Shown: piece after piece, positions 21,796 to 28,807 of the stretch | Numbering within the stretch: position 1 is the stretch's first letter | Layout of the letters: each line of letters begins with the position of its first letter | NCBI GenBank assembly: GCA_033344875.1 | Contig: JAWPMO010000001.1 | Location: 829,595 to 893,594 of the forward strand | DNA: 64,000 nucleotides | From: Ilumatobacteraceae bacterium | Lineage (GTDB): Bacteria; Actinomycetota; Acidimicrobiia; Acidimicrobiales; Ilumatobacteraceae | Direction of reading: 5' to 3' | Notes under the pieces: model-generated | Told to the model about the DNA's origin: nothing | Databases searched by the model: none | The model's input: the letters and a program-made list of their open reading frames with translations, nothing else | Made by a program: the position numbers and the translations under genes

Positions 21796-22134
21796 CTACG
21801 CAGCGTCGAGCGCGGCGCGCACGCTCGCGATCGTCCGCTCGACCGTGCGGCGGCGCGTGGTCTTGATCACGTCGGCCGCCACGACCTCGGTACGGCTCTG
21901 GGTGACACCACCGGCGCGGAAGAAGCGGCGCCGGACGTGGCCGGCGACCACGACCGTGTCGCCGGCGACCACCGTGACCCCGTCGCCGGCCACCGACACG
22001 GGCACCGACACCGTCCGACCATCGACCTCGGTCGACAGTTCGATCTGCGTCACGCTGTCGCCCGACGCCAGCACACGGACCAGCGGATCGTTCGTGAGGG
22101 TGCCGCGCAGCAGCACCACGTTGTTCGTCTCCAT
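21796..22134 (-). CDS. Small SSB-like OB-fold protein lacking Gly-rich linker and acidic tail
   Basis: 112 aa. N-terminus NNVVLLRGTLTNDPLVRVLASGDSVTQIELST resembles the SSB OB-fold start. There is no C-terminal D-D-D-I-P-F-like tip. SD GAGGAG upstream. Confidence 0.55.
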   Translation of the reverse strand: METNNVVLLRGTLTNDPLVRVLASGDSVTQIELSTEVDGRTVSVPVSVAGDGVTVVAGDTVVVAGHVRRRFFRAGGVTQSRTEVVAADVIKTTRRRTVERTIASVRAALDAA

Positions 22135-22235
22135 GACAGACTCCTCAGGACTCGTCGCACACGAGGGAAGTCGGTGACTCGGAGACTACGGCAGGGGTGT
22201 CACAACCCGGCTGCCGACGTGGTCAGGTGACGTGG

Positions 22236-23315
22236 TCAGGCAAGCGTCCCGACGTTGTTGAGTTCGTGGAACGCCTGCTCGAGGCGGGCCACGAACGCCG
22301 TCTCACCCGCACGGAGCCAGACGCGTGGGTCGTACTGCTTCTTGTTCGGCTTGTCGTCGCCCTCGGGGTTGCCGATCTGTCCCTGCAGGTACCCGTGCTT
22401 GTCGGCCTCGTAGGCACGCACGCCGTCCCAGAACGCCCACTGGAGGTCGGTGTCGATGTTCATCTTGACCACCCCATAGCTGATCGCCTCGGCGATCTCG
22501 GCCGCGCTCGAACCCGACCCACCGTGGAAGACGAAGTCGACCGGTCGCTCGGCGGTGTCGTACTCGGCCTGGATGTGCTCCTGGGAGTCACGCAGGATCG
22601 ACGGGGTGAGCTTCACGTTGCCCGGCTTGTAGACGCCGTGCACGTTGCCGAACGCCGCGGCGACGGTGAACTTGTCGCTGACCTTCATCAACTCCTCGTA
22701 CACGTACGCCACCTCTTCGGGCTTGGTGTACAGATCGGCGGCATCGGCGTCGGAGTTGTCGACGCCGTCCTCCTCGCCGCCGGTGATGCCGAGTTCCATC
22801 TCGAGCGTCATGTCGATCGCCGACATCCGTTCGAGATACCGCTTGCAGGTCTCGACGTTCTCCTCGAGGGGCTCCTCCGACAGGTCGAGCATGTGGGAGC
22901 TGAACAGGGGTTTGCCGGTCTCGGCGAAATGGCGCTCACCCTCGTCGAGGAGGCCGTCGACCCAGGGCAGCAGCTTCTTGGCGCAATGGTCGGTGTGCAG
23001 GATCACGCGGGCGCCGTAGTGCTCGGCCAACCGGTTCACGTGGTCGGCGCCGGCGAGCGAACCGAGCACCGAGGCTCGATGTGACTCGACGCCGATCCCC
23101 TTGCCGGCCACGAACGCGCCGCCGCTGTTGGAGAACTGGATGATCACCGGGGAGTTGAGCTTGGCAGCGGTCTCCATGACCGCGTTCATCGAGTTCGACC
23201 CGATGCAGTTCGCCGCGGGCAGCGCGAAACCCTTGGCCTTGGCGAGTGCGAATACTTCTTGGACCTCCGCGCCGGTGATCACGCCGGCCGCGAAGTCGTT
23301 GCGAGGTTCGGTCAT
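22236..23315 (-). CDS. fba: Class II fructose-bisphosphate aldolase
   Basis: 359 aa. Class II FBA motifs (LHTDHC, FGNVHGVYKPGNV, VFHGGSGS, VKMNIDTD). Confidence 0.95.
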   Translation of the reverse strand: MTEPRNDFAAGVITGAEVQEVFALAKAKGFALPAANCIGSNSMNAVMETAAKLNSPVIIQFSNSGGAFVAGKGIGVESHRASVLGSLAGADHVNRLAEHYGARVILHTDHCAKKLLPWVDGLLDEGERHFAETGKPLFSSHMLDLSEEPLEENVETCKRYLERMSAIDMTLEMELGITGGEEDGVDNSDADAADLYTKPEEVAYVYEELMKVSDKFTVAAAFGNVHGVYKPGNVKLTPSILRDSQEHIQAEYDTAERPVDFVFHGGSGSSAAEIAEAISYGVVKMNIDTDLQWAFWDGVRAYEADKHGYLQGQIGNPEGDDKPNKKQYDPRVWLRAGETAFVARLEQAFHELNNVGTLA

Positions 23316-23351
23316 GAGCCGATCGTAGTCGTCTCGCTACGGTGACACCCG

Positions 23352-23861
23352 ATGGCCGACGACTCCCCACCGACGAGTTCGATCCCCGAGCGCGACGACT
23401 ACTACCTCGCGCTCGCCTTCACCGCGGCGACCCGGGCCAACTGCCGCGGCCGCAAGGTCGGCGCGATCCTCGTGAAGGGTGACCGGGTGATCGCCACCGG
23501 CTACAACGGCACGCCGGAGGGTCTGCCGAACTGTCTCGACGGCGGCTGCCTGCGGTGCGCCGACCGAGATGCTTTCGTGTCCGGCACCGACTATGACTTG
23601 TGCATCTGCGTCCACGCCGAGGCCAACGCACTCCTCACCGCGGGTCGGTTCGGCGCATCGACCGACGCCACCACCGTCTACACCACCGATCAGCCGTGTT
23701 TCTCGTGCAGCAAGGAACTCATCCAGGCCGGCGTGGAGAAGGTGTTCTACGCGAGGTCGTGGCGGCCCGACGGTCGGGTCGCCGACGACTACCGCCGCCT
23801 GCAGGAGCGGTTGAACGCCGAGCACATTCCCACCGAGTACGAGATCGTCGAGTTCTCGTGA
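23352..23861 (+). CDS. dCMP deaminase (ComEB/CDA-fold deoxycytidylate deaminase)
   Basis: Zinc motifs HAEANAL and PCFSCSKELIQAG. 169 aa. Confidence 0.9.
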   Translation: MADDSPPTSSIPERDDYYLALAFTAATRANCRGRKVGAILVKGDRVIATGYNGTPEGLPNCLDGGCLRCADRDAFVSGTDYDLCICVHAEANALLTAGRFGASTDATTVYTTDQPCFSCSKELIQAGVEKVFYARSWRPDGRVADDYRRLQERLNAEHIPTEYEIVEFS

Positions 23862-25417
23862 CGGGGCCCGGCGCTCCCGACCCGTCGGCCGAGCGGCCCG
23901 ACAAGGTCGTCGTCGTGCTCCTCGACAGTCTCAACCGGCACCTCCTGGGTGCCTACGGCAGCGATGAGTTCTCGACGCCGAACCTCGACCGCTTCGCAGC
24001 GTCGTCGACCGTGTTCGACCGGCACCACGTCGGGTCACTGCCGTGCATGCCGGCACGCCACGACCTGCTCGTCGGAGCGCTCGACTTCCTGTGGCGACCG
24101 TGGGGCTCGATCGAAGTGTGGGAGGAGGCGATCACGAGCGAACTCCGTCGGCGAGGCGTCACGACCATGCTCGTGTCCGACCACCCGCACCTGTTCGAGA
24201 CCGGCGGCGAGAACTACCACTGTGACTTCACGGCCTGGGACTACGTGCGCGGCCACGAGAACGACCCGTGGCGCACCCGCGCCGACCCGACCTGGGTCGG
24301 GACACCGGCGCTCCCGGCGGTACCGGCGCACACCGCCCATCGGTACGACGAGAGCCGGACCTGGTTCCGTGACGAAGCCGACTTCCCCGGGCCGCGCACG
24401 ATGACCGCCGCCGCCGAATGGCTGCGACGCGACGCACCCCACCACGACTCGTTCCTGCTGCTGATCGACGAGTTCGACCCGCACGAACCGTTCGACACCC
24501 CCGAGCCGTGGGCATCGATGTACGACGACGGCTGGCAGGGCGACCGACTGATCTGGCCCCCGTACGCCGTCGACGCGATCGCCAAGGGTGTCGTGACAGC
24601 ACGCGACGCTGCCCACATCCGCGCCAACTACGGCGCCAAGCTCTCGATGATCGACCACTGGTTCGGCACGGTCCTCGACCGGATCGACGCACTCGACGAC
24701 GATGTCGCGGTCATCGTGTGTACCGACCACGGCCACTACCTGGGCGAGCACGACACCTTCGGCAAGCCCGGGTCGCCGATCTGGAGGGAGATGGGCAACA
24801 TCCCCCTCATGATCCGCTGGCCGGGTGCCAGACCGGGTCGATCGTCGGCGCTGACCACCACCGTCGACCTCCACGCCACCCTGTGCGACGTGTTCGGGAT
24901 CGAGCCGGAACACACCACGCACGGACGGTCGCTCGTGCCACTCCTCGACGGTTCGGCCACCTCGGTGCGCGACCACGTGCTCGCCGGGTACTGGAGCCGC
25001 CACGTCTACTTGATCGACGACGAGCACACCTACGGCCGCTCCCCTGTCGGTGACGGCTTCCCGCTCGAGATGTGGTCGAACCGATGGAGTTCGATGCCGA
25101 TCGGCCACGCGGTTCCCGAGTACCGGTTCCCGAAGCCGGATCAGCGAGCGACGCTCGGCACCATGCCCGGCACGACGGCCCCCGTCATCCGGCAACCGTT
25201 CTCGCCCGGCGATCTGCTGCCGTTCTGGGCGTACGGCGCACCGATCGACGACCATCACCTCTACGACGCCGACGACACCGACGAGCGCGAGAATCTCGCC
25301 GGCTCGACGGTGGCCGACGATGCCGCCGAACGGTTGCGTGACGCGCTCGGCGCCGTCGAGGCGCCTCCGCACCAGCTCGCCCGCCTCGGACTCTGCTCGG
25401 CGCCGCCGTCGAGCTAG
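23858..25417 (+). CDS. Cys-type sulfatase family protein (alkaline-phosphatase superfamily), no signal peptide
   Basis: The GTG at 23858 overlaps the deaminase stop (GTGA). N-terminal metal-site strand VVVVLLDSLNRH. Formylglycine motif C-M-P-A-R (SLPCMPARHDLLVG). TDHGHYLGEH motif. Confidence 0.85.
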   Translation: MTGPGAPDPSAERPDKVVVVLLDSLNRHLLGAYGSDEFSTPNLDRFAASSTVFDRHHVGSLPCMPARHDLLVGALDFLWRPWGSIEVWEEAITSELRRRGVTTMLVSDHPHLFETGGENYHCDFTAWDYVRGHENDPWRTRADPTWVGTPALPAVPAHTAHRYDESRTWFRDEADFPGPRTMTAAAEWLRRDAPHHDSFLLLIDEFDPHEPFDTPEPWASMYDDGWQGDRLIWPPYAVDAIAKGVVTARDAAHIRANYGAKLSMIDHWFGTVLDRIDALDDDVAVIVCTDHGHYLGEHDTFGKPGSPIWREMGNIPLMIRWPGARPGRSSALTTTVDLHATLCDVFGIEPEHTTHGRSLVPLLDGSATSVRDHVLAGYWSRHVYLIDDEHTYGRSPVGDGFPLEMWSNRWSSMPIGHAVPEYRFPKPDQRATLGTMPGTTAPVIRQPFSPGDLLPFWAYGAPIDDHHLYDADDTDERENLAGSTVADDAAERLRDALGAVEAPPHQLARLGLCSAPPSS

Positions 25418-25449
25418 GGCGAGGTCGGGCCAGGTACGGCGACGGACGG

Positions 25450-25962
25450 CTAGGTACGGAACGGGCCGAGCACGAGGCCCGTGTCGTCGGTGAGGTTGTC
25501 GATCCGGTCGCCGATCCAGTCGAACAGGCTCGCCTGGGCGAAGATCTGGAACGCCAGCCAACCGAGCAGCAACACCACGGCGAGGACCGACGCGATGCGG
25601 AACCAGCGGGTGATCTTCGACGTGTACTCGGTGATCAGCGGGACGAACCCCTGCGCGGTGGACCTCGCCTGGGCGCCGAACATCTCGGCGGCGCGTTCGG
25701 CTTCGGAGCGCGCCGCCATCCGCACCTGACTGATGATCGCTTCGGAGTCCTGCCGGTTGAGCGACCCGACGTTGACGTGTCCGCCCACGTCGTCGAACTG
25801 GTTGCGAGCCGCGTCGGCGGCCCGAGCCTGGATCTCGACGACGCCGGCGGTCGGCGGCGCACGCCAACGATCGCTCCAATCGGCTCCCTCCCAGTAGCGC
25901 AACCGGGAGCCACCCTCGGGGTCGGGATACCACCCCGCCTTCGGCGCATCGGCGAGTCGCAT
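25450..25962 (-). CDS. DUF2510-domain protein with C-terminal transmembrane helix
   Basis: N-terminus GWYPDPEGGSRLRYWEGADWSDRW (DUF2510 signature). C-terminal TM ASVLAVVLLLGWLAFQIF. The start overlaps the SPFH stop by 1 nt (TGATG). Confidence 0.7.
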   Translation of the reverse strand: MRLADAPKAGWYPDPEGGSRLRYWEGADWSDRWRAPPTAGVVEIQARAADAARNQFDDVGGHVNVGSLNRQDSEAIISQVRMAARSEAERAAEMFGAQARSTAQGFVPLITEYTSKITRWFRIASVLAVVLLLGWLAFQIFAQASLFDWIGDRIDNLTDDTGLVLGPFRT

Positions 25963-27005
25963 CAGGAGCCTCCACCCACCGACACGTTGCCCGTCGCCGG
26001 CAGGTCGACCCGCTCGGTCTCGTCAGGGATCGGGAGACCGCCCTTCGGACGCACCTGATCGGTGTCGTCGTCGGGACGGACCGCCTCGGTCAGCGCCGCG
26101 ACCGTGCCCATCAGCGCACTGAACTCGGCGGGGATGACGAGCTTCGTCGCACGACCGTCACCGATCTTCTCGAGCGCCTGCAGGTACTCGACGGTCAGCA
26201 CGTTCTTGTCGGCCTGGGCCTCCTTGATACCGGTCAGGCGAGCCTTGGCAGCGAGGCCCTCGCCTTCGCCGGTCACCGTGAGGCGCAGCTTGTCGGCCTT
26301 CGCCCGCAGCTCGATCGCCTGGGCATCGCCCTCGGCGTCGAGGATCGCCGACTGCTTGCGACCCTCGGCGGCGAGCACGGCGGACTGCTTCTCGCCGTCG
26401 GCACGCGCGATCGCGGCCTCCTGGTAGCCGCGCGCCTCGGTGACGGTTGCGCGGCGGTCGCGCTCGGCTCGCATCTGGGCGTGCATCGCGGACACGACTT
26501 CCGGCGGTGGGTCGATGCGCTGGATCTCGACGCGGACGACGCGGACACCCCACTTGTCGGTCGCGTCGTCGAGCACCTCGCGCAGCTGGGTGTTGATCTG
26601 GTCGCGCGACGTGAGCGCCTTGTCGAGCTCGAGGTCGCCGATCACGTTGCGGAGGTTCGTCTGCGCCAGTTTGGTGATCGCCGTGAAGAAGTCGGCGACG
26701 TTGTAGACCAGCCGCTGCGGATCGGTCGCCTCGTAGTAGACGACGGCGTCGACGCTCACGACGACGTTGTCCGCGGTGATGACCTCCTGCGGGGGCACGT
26801 CGACGACCTGCTCACGCATGTCGATCAGCTGCATGGTCTCGATGAACGGCACGATCAGGGTGAGACCGGGGTCCTTCGTGGTCTTGTACTTGCCGAGTCG
26901 TTCGACGAGTCCGCGCTGGTACGGCCGCACGATCTTCACGGCGGCGACCAGTGCGGCCAGGCCGATGATCGCGATGACCACGATCAGGATGACTGCGATG
27001 TCCAT
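25962..27005 (-). CDS. SPFH/Band-7 (stomatin-like) domain protein
   Basis: N-terminal TM plus an SPFH core (IVRPYQRGLVERLGKY...TADNVVVSVDAVVYY) and a long Ala/Glu coiled-coil tail. Confidence 0.9.
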   Translation of the reverse strand: MDIAVILIVVIAIIGLAALVAAVKIVRPYQRGLVERLGKYKTTKDPGLTLIVPFIETMQLIDMREQVVDVPPQEVITADNVVVSVDAVVYYEATDPQRLVYNVADFFTAITKLAQTNLRNVIGDLELDKALTSRDQINTQLREVLDDATDKWGVRVVRVEIQRIDPPPEVVSAMHAQMRAERDRRATVTEARGYQEAAIARADGEKQSAVLAAEGRKQSAILDAEGDAQAIELRAKADKLRLTVTGEGEGLAAKARLTGIKEAQADKNVLTVEYLQALEKIGDGRATKLVIPAEFSALMGTVAALTEAVRPDDDTDQVRPKGGLPIPDETERVDLPATGNVSVGGGS

Positions 27006-27008
27006 GGT

Positions 27009-27536
27009 TTACTCCTCTCCGCCAGGGGCGGGTTGGGACGGTCGGTGTTCGGGTGCGAGCGGCTCGACGACCACTCGGGTTCCCTTCATGGCGAGCACTC
27101 GCACGCGAGCCCCGTCGGCGATGCGGTAGGCACCGTTGGTGATCGCACCCCACACCTCGCCGTCGACGGTGACCCGTCCGGCGCGGGTGGTGTCGTCGGG
27201 TTCGATCGGTGTCGTCACGATCGCGGTCAACCCGACGAGCCGGTCGGCGCCGACCCCGGGATCCATCGTGTGCTCCTTCATGAACCGCTGGGCCCACCGA
27301 TACATGATTGCGAAGAAGACGGCGCCGCCGAACACGAAGACCGCCCACTGCACCTCGATCGACACGTCGTAGAACGCCAGGATCGCGGTGAGGAACGCCG
27401 ACGCGGCCCAGGGCAGGATGATGAACGATCCACCGACGACGATCAGTTCGACGAGCGCGAAGACCACTGCCGTGCCCAGCCAGACCCAGGGCCACAGGTC
27501 GAGGTCGATCCCGAGATCGAGAGCATCACTCAACAT
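27009..27536 (-). CDS. NfeD-family membrane protein
   Basis: N-terminal TM helices plus a C-terminal NfeD OB-fold (GRVTVDGEVWGAITNG...ARVRVLAMKGTRVVVEPL). Directly upstream of the SPFH gene with a 3-nt gap. Confidence 0.85.
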   Translation of the reverse strand: MLSDALDLGIDLDLWPWVWLGTAVVFALVELIVVGGSFIILPWAASAFLTAILAFYDVSIEVQWAVFVFGGAVFFAIMYRWAQRFMKEHTMDPGVGADRLVGLTAIVTTPIEPDDTTRAGRVTVDGEVWGAITNGAYRIADGARVRVLAMKGTRVVVEPLAPEHRPSQPAPGGEE

Positions 27537-27558
27537 GACCTCACCTTAGGTCGGCAGC

Positions 27559-27616
27559 GTGACGATGCGACGACAGGGCCGTGACAGGAGTCACAGGCGC
27601 CGGACCGGCGTGTCAC
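27559..27616. promoter_or_regulatory. Symmetric array of four GTGAC/GTCAC half-sites in a divergent promoter region (candidate operator)
   Basis: GTGAC 27559-27563, GTGAC 27581-27585, GTCAC 27590-27594, GTCAC 27612-27616. All are mirror-symmetric about 27587.5, and outer-to-inner spacing is 22 bp on each side. Confidence 0.3.
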
Positions 27617-27620
27617 CCAA

Positions 27621-28784
27621 TTGCGTGGCGGGCCCGGTCGGAGGTGCGACGATGGCCGAGTGACCACCGACCGATGGAGCGACCTCCTCGCGCTGTTGGC
27701 AGGTGGCGTCGGGTTGTTCGTGCTCCTGCGAACCTGGCCGAGGCCACCGCGCCGGACGCAGACCGCTCGACTCCGCCATCCCTCGGCACCGGCCCCGGTC
27801 GCCGTCTCGCTCGACAGTACGGGCGACGCGGCCCATTGGCGGGTCGCCACCCCGCCCGGTTCGCTGCCGACCACGGTCGACATCGTCGCCTGGCAGCCCG
27901 TCGACGATCCCGACGCATGGCGGACGGAACCGATCGTCGACCCCGTCGAGCTGGCGCCCGGCGCATCGGCACTGCTCCCGCTCGTCGTCGACAACCCACG
28001 CGCCAGCCACCTCGTGGTCGTCGCCTGGACGGTGAAGCATCCCGACGGCGACGTGTTGGGCTCCCGCACCATCACCGTCGGCCCCTCACACGATGCGACA
28101 CCGGTCCCGATCTCCACGCCGGGTCGGGGTGCCGGATGGGCGTCGGTCATCGCATCAGGACTCGTCGCCGGGCTGCTCGTGATCCTCGTGCTCGTCGCCG
28201 CCTGGCGTGTGGTGGACGACCCCGGAGTTCACGACGACGCCTCCACGCCCACCTCGACCACCACGACCACCACGACCACCACGATCGTGTCGACCGTGTC
28301 GATCCCCGAGACCACGGCGCGATCGGTCGACGCCACCGCCCCGCCGACCGTCGGCACGACCGCCACCACCACCACCACCACGACCACCGCCGCCACCACG
28401 ACAGACACCACGACCGACACCACCGACACGTCCACGCCTGCGACGACCGTCACCACCACACCGGTCACCACCACACCGGTCACCACCACACCGGTCACCA
28501 CCACGGTGGCGGCGCCCGACGGCCGCTCGATCGACATCCGAGGTCGGGTCGAGGAGTGCCGGTTCGGTGCACAGTGCCTGATCGCCAGCTTCTCCGCCGA
28601 CGGCTTCCCCAGCGAAGGCGAGTACGTGTGTGAGTTCGACGACGGCAGCCGATTCACCTTCCGCTACGCGGGCGGTGGCGGCCTCGACGCGTGCGCCACG
28701 TCGGGTGCCTCACCGTCGATCACGATCGAGATCGACGGCGTGCGATCGGCCACGATCACCCGTGAGGCGCCCGACGGGCCCTGA
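27621..28784 (+). CDS. Hypothetical two-TM protein with poly-Thr linker and C-terminal 4-Cys domain
   Basis: High-GC3 ORF. TM1 LLALLAGGVGLFVLL and TM2 WASVIASGLVAGLLVILVLVAAW. About 90 aa is extremely Thr-rich (TTTTTTTTT..., TTPVTTTPVTTTPVTTT). C-terminal domain carries 4 Cys. Start uncertain: TTG 27621 or GTG 27660. Confidence 0.55.
   Translation: MRGGPGRRCDDGRVTTDRWSDLLALLAGGVGLFVLLRTWPRPPRRTQTARLRHPSAPAPVAVSLDSTGDAAHWRVATPPGSLPTTVDIVAWQPVDDPDAWRTEPIVDPVELAPGASALLPLVVDNPRASHLVVVAWTVKHPDGDVLGSRTITVGPSHDATPVPISTPGRGAGWASVIASGLVAGLLVILVLVAAWRVVDDPGVHDDASTPTSTTTTTTTTTIVSTVSIPETTARSVDATAPPTVGTTATTTTTTTTAATTTDTTTDTTDTSTPATTVTTTPVTTTPVTTTPVTTTVAAPDGRSIDIRGRVEECRFGAQCLIASFSADGFPSEGEYVCEFDDGSRFTFRYAGGGGLDACATSGASPSITIEIDGVRSATITREAPDGP
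28449..28508. repeat. 15-nt tandem repeat (gtcaccaccacaccg x3 plus a degenerate copy) encoding (VTTTP)n
   Basis: Perfect copies at 28449-28463, 28464-28478 and 28479-28493, followed by gtcaccaccacggtg. Confidence 0.85.
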
Positions 28785-28807
28785 GCCCCGGCCGTCGAGC
28801 GGCTCAG
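28781..28807. terminator. Possible bidirectional hairpin between convergent genes (7-bp stem ctgagcc/ggctcag)
   Basis: The stem arms 28781-28787 and 28801-28807 contain both convergent stop codons. Loop is 13 nt and there is no T-tract. Confidence 0.3.

Noticed and set aside
23352-23861. dCMP deaminase considered as a possible nucleotide-depletion anti-phage effector.
   Set aside because: It is a standard 169-aa ComEB-type housekeeping architecture with no kinase or sensor fusion. It has no defence-island neighbours.
24035-25975. 646-aa minus-strand ORF.
   Set aside because: It is antisense to the sulfatase, which has the CxPxR and metal-site motifs. It is Arg/Gly/Pro-rich shadow.
27581-28633. 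Alternative-frame ORFs across the poly-Thr region that encode His/Arg/Asp-rich (HHHDHH...) or PPRPPRPP peptides. Examples are 27581-28633, 28207-28581 and 28229-28657.
   Set aside because: They are frame-shifted or antisense readings of the ACC/ACG-rich Thr-coding repeats. The Thr frame has TM helices, high GC3 and a structured C-terminal domain.
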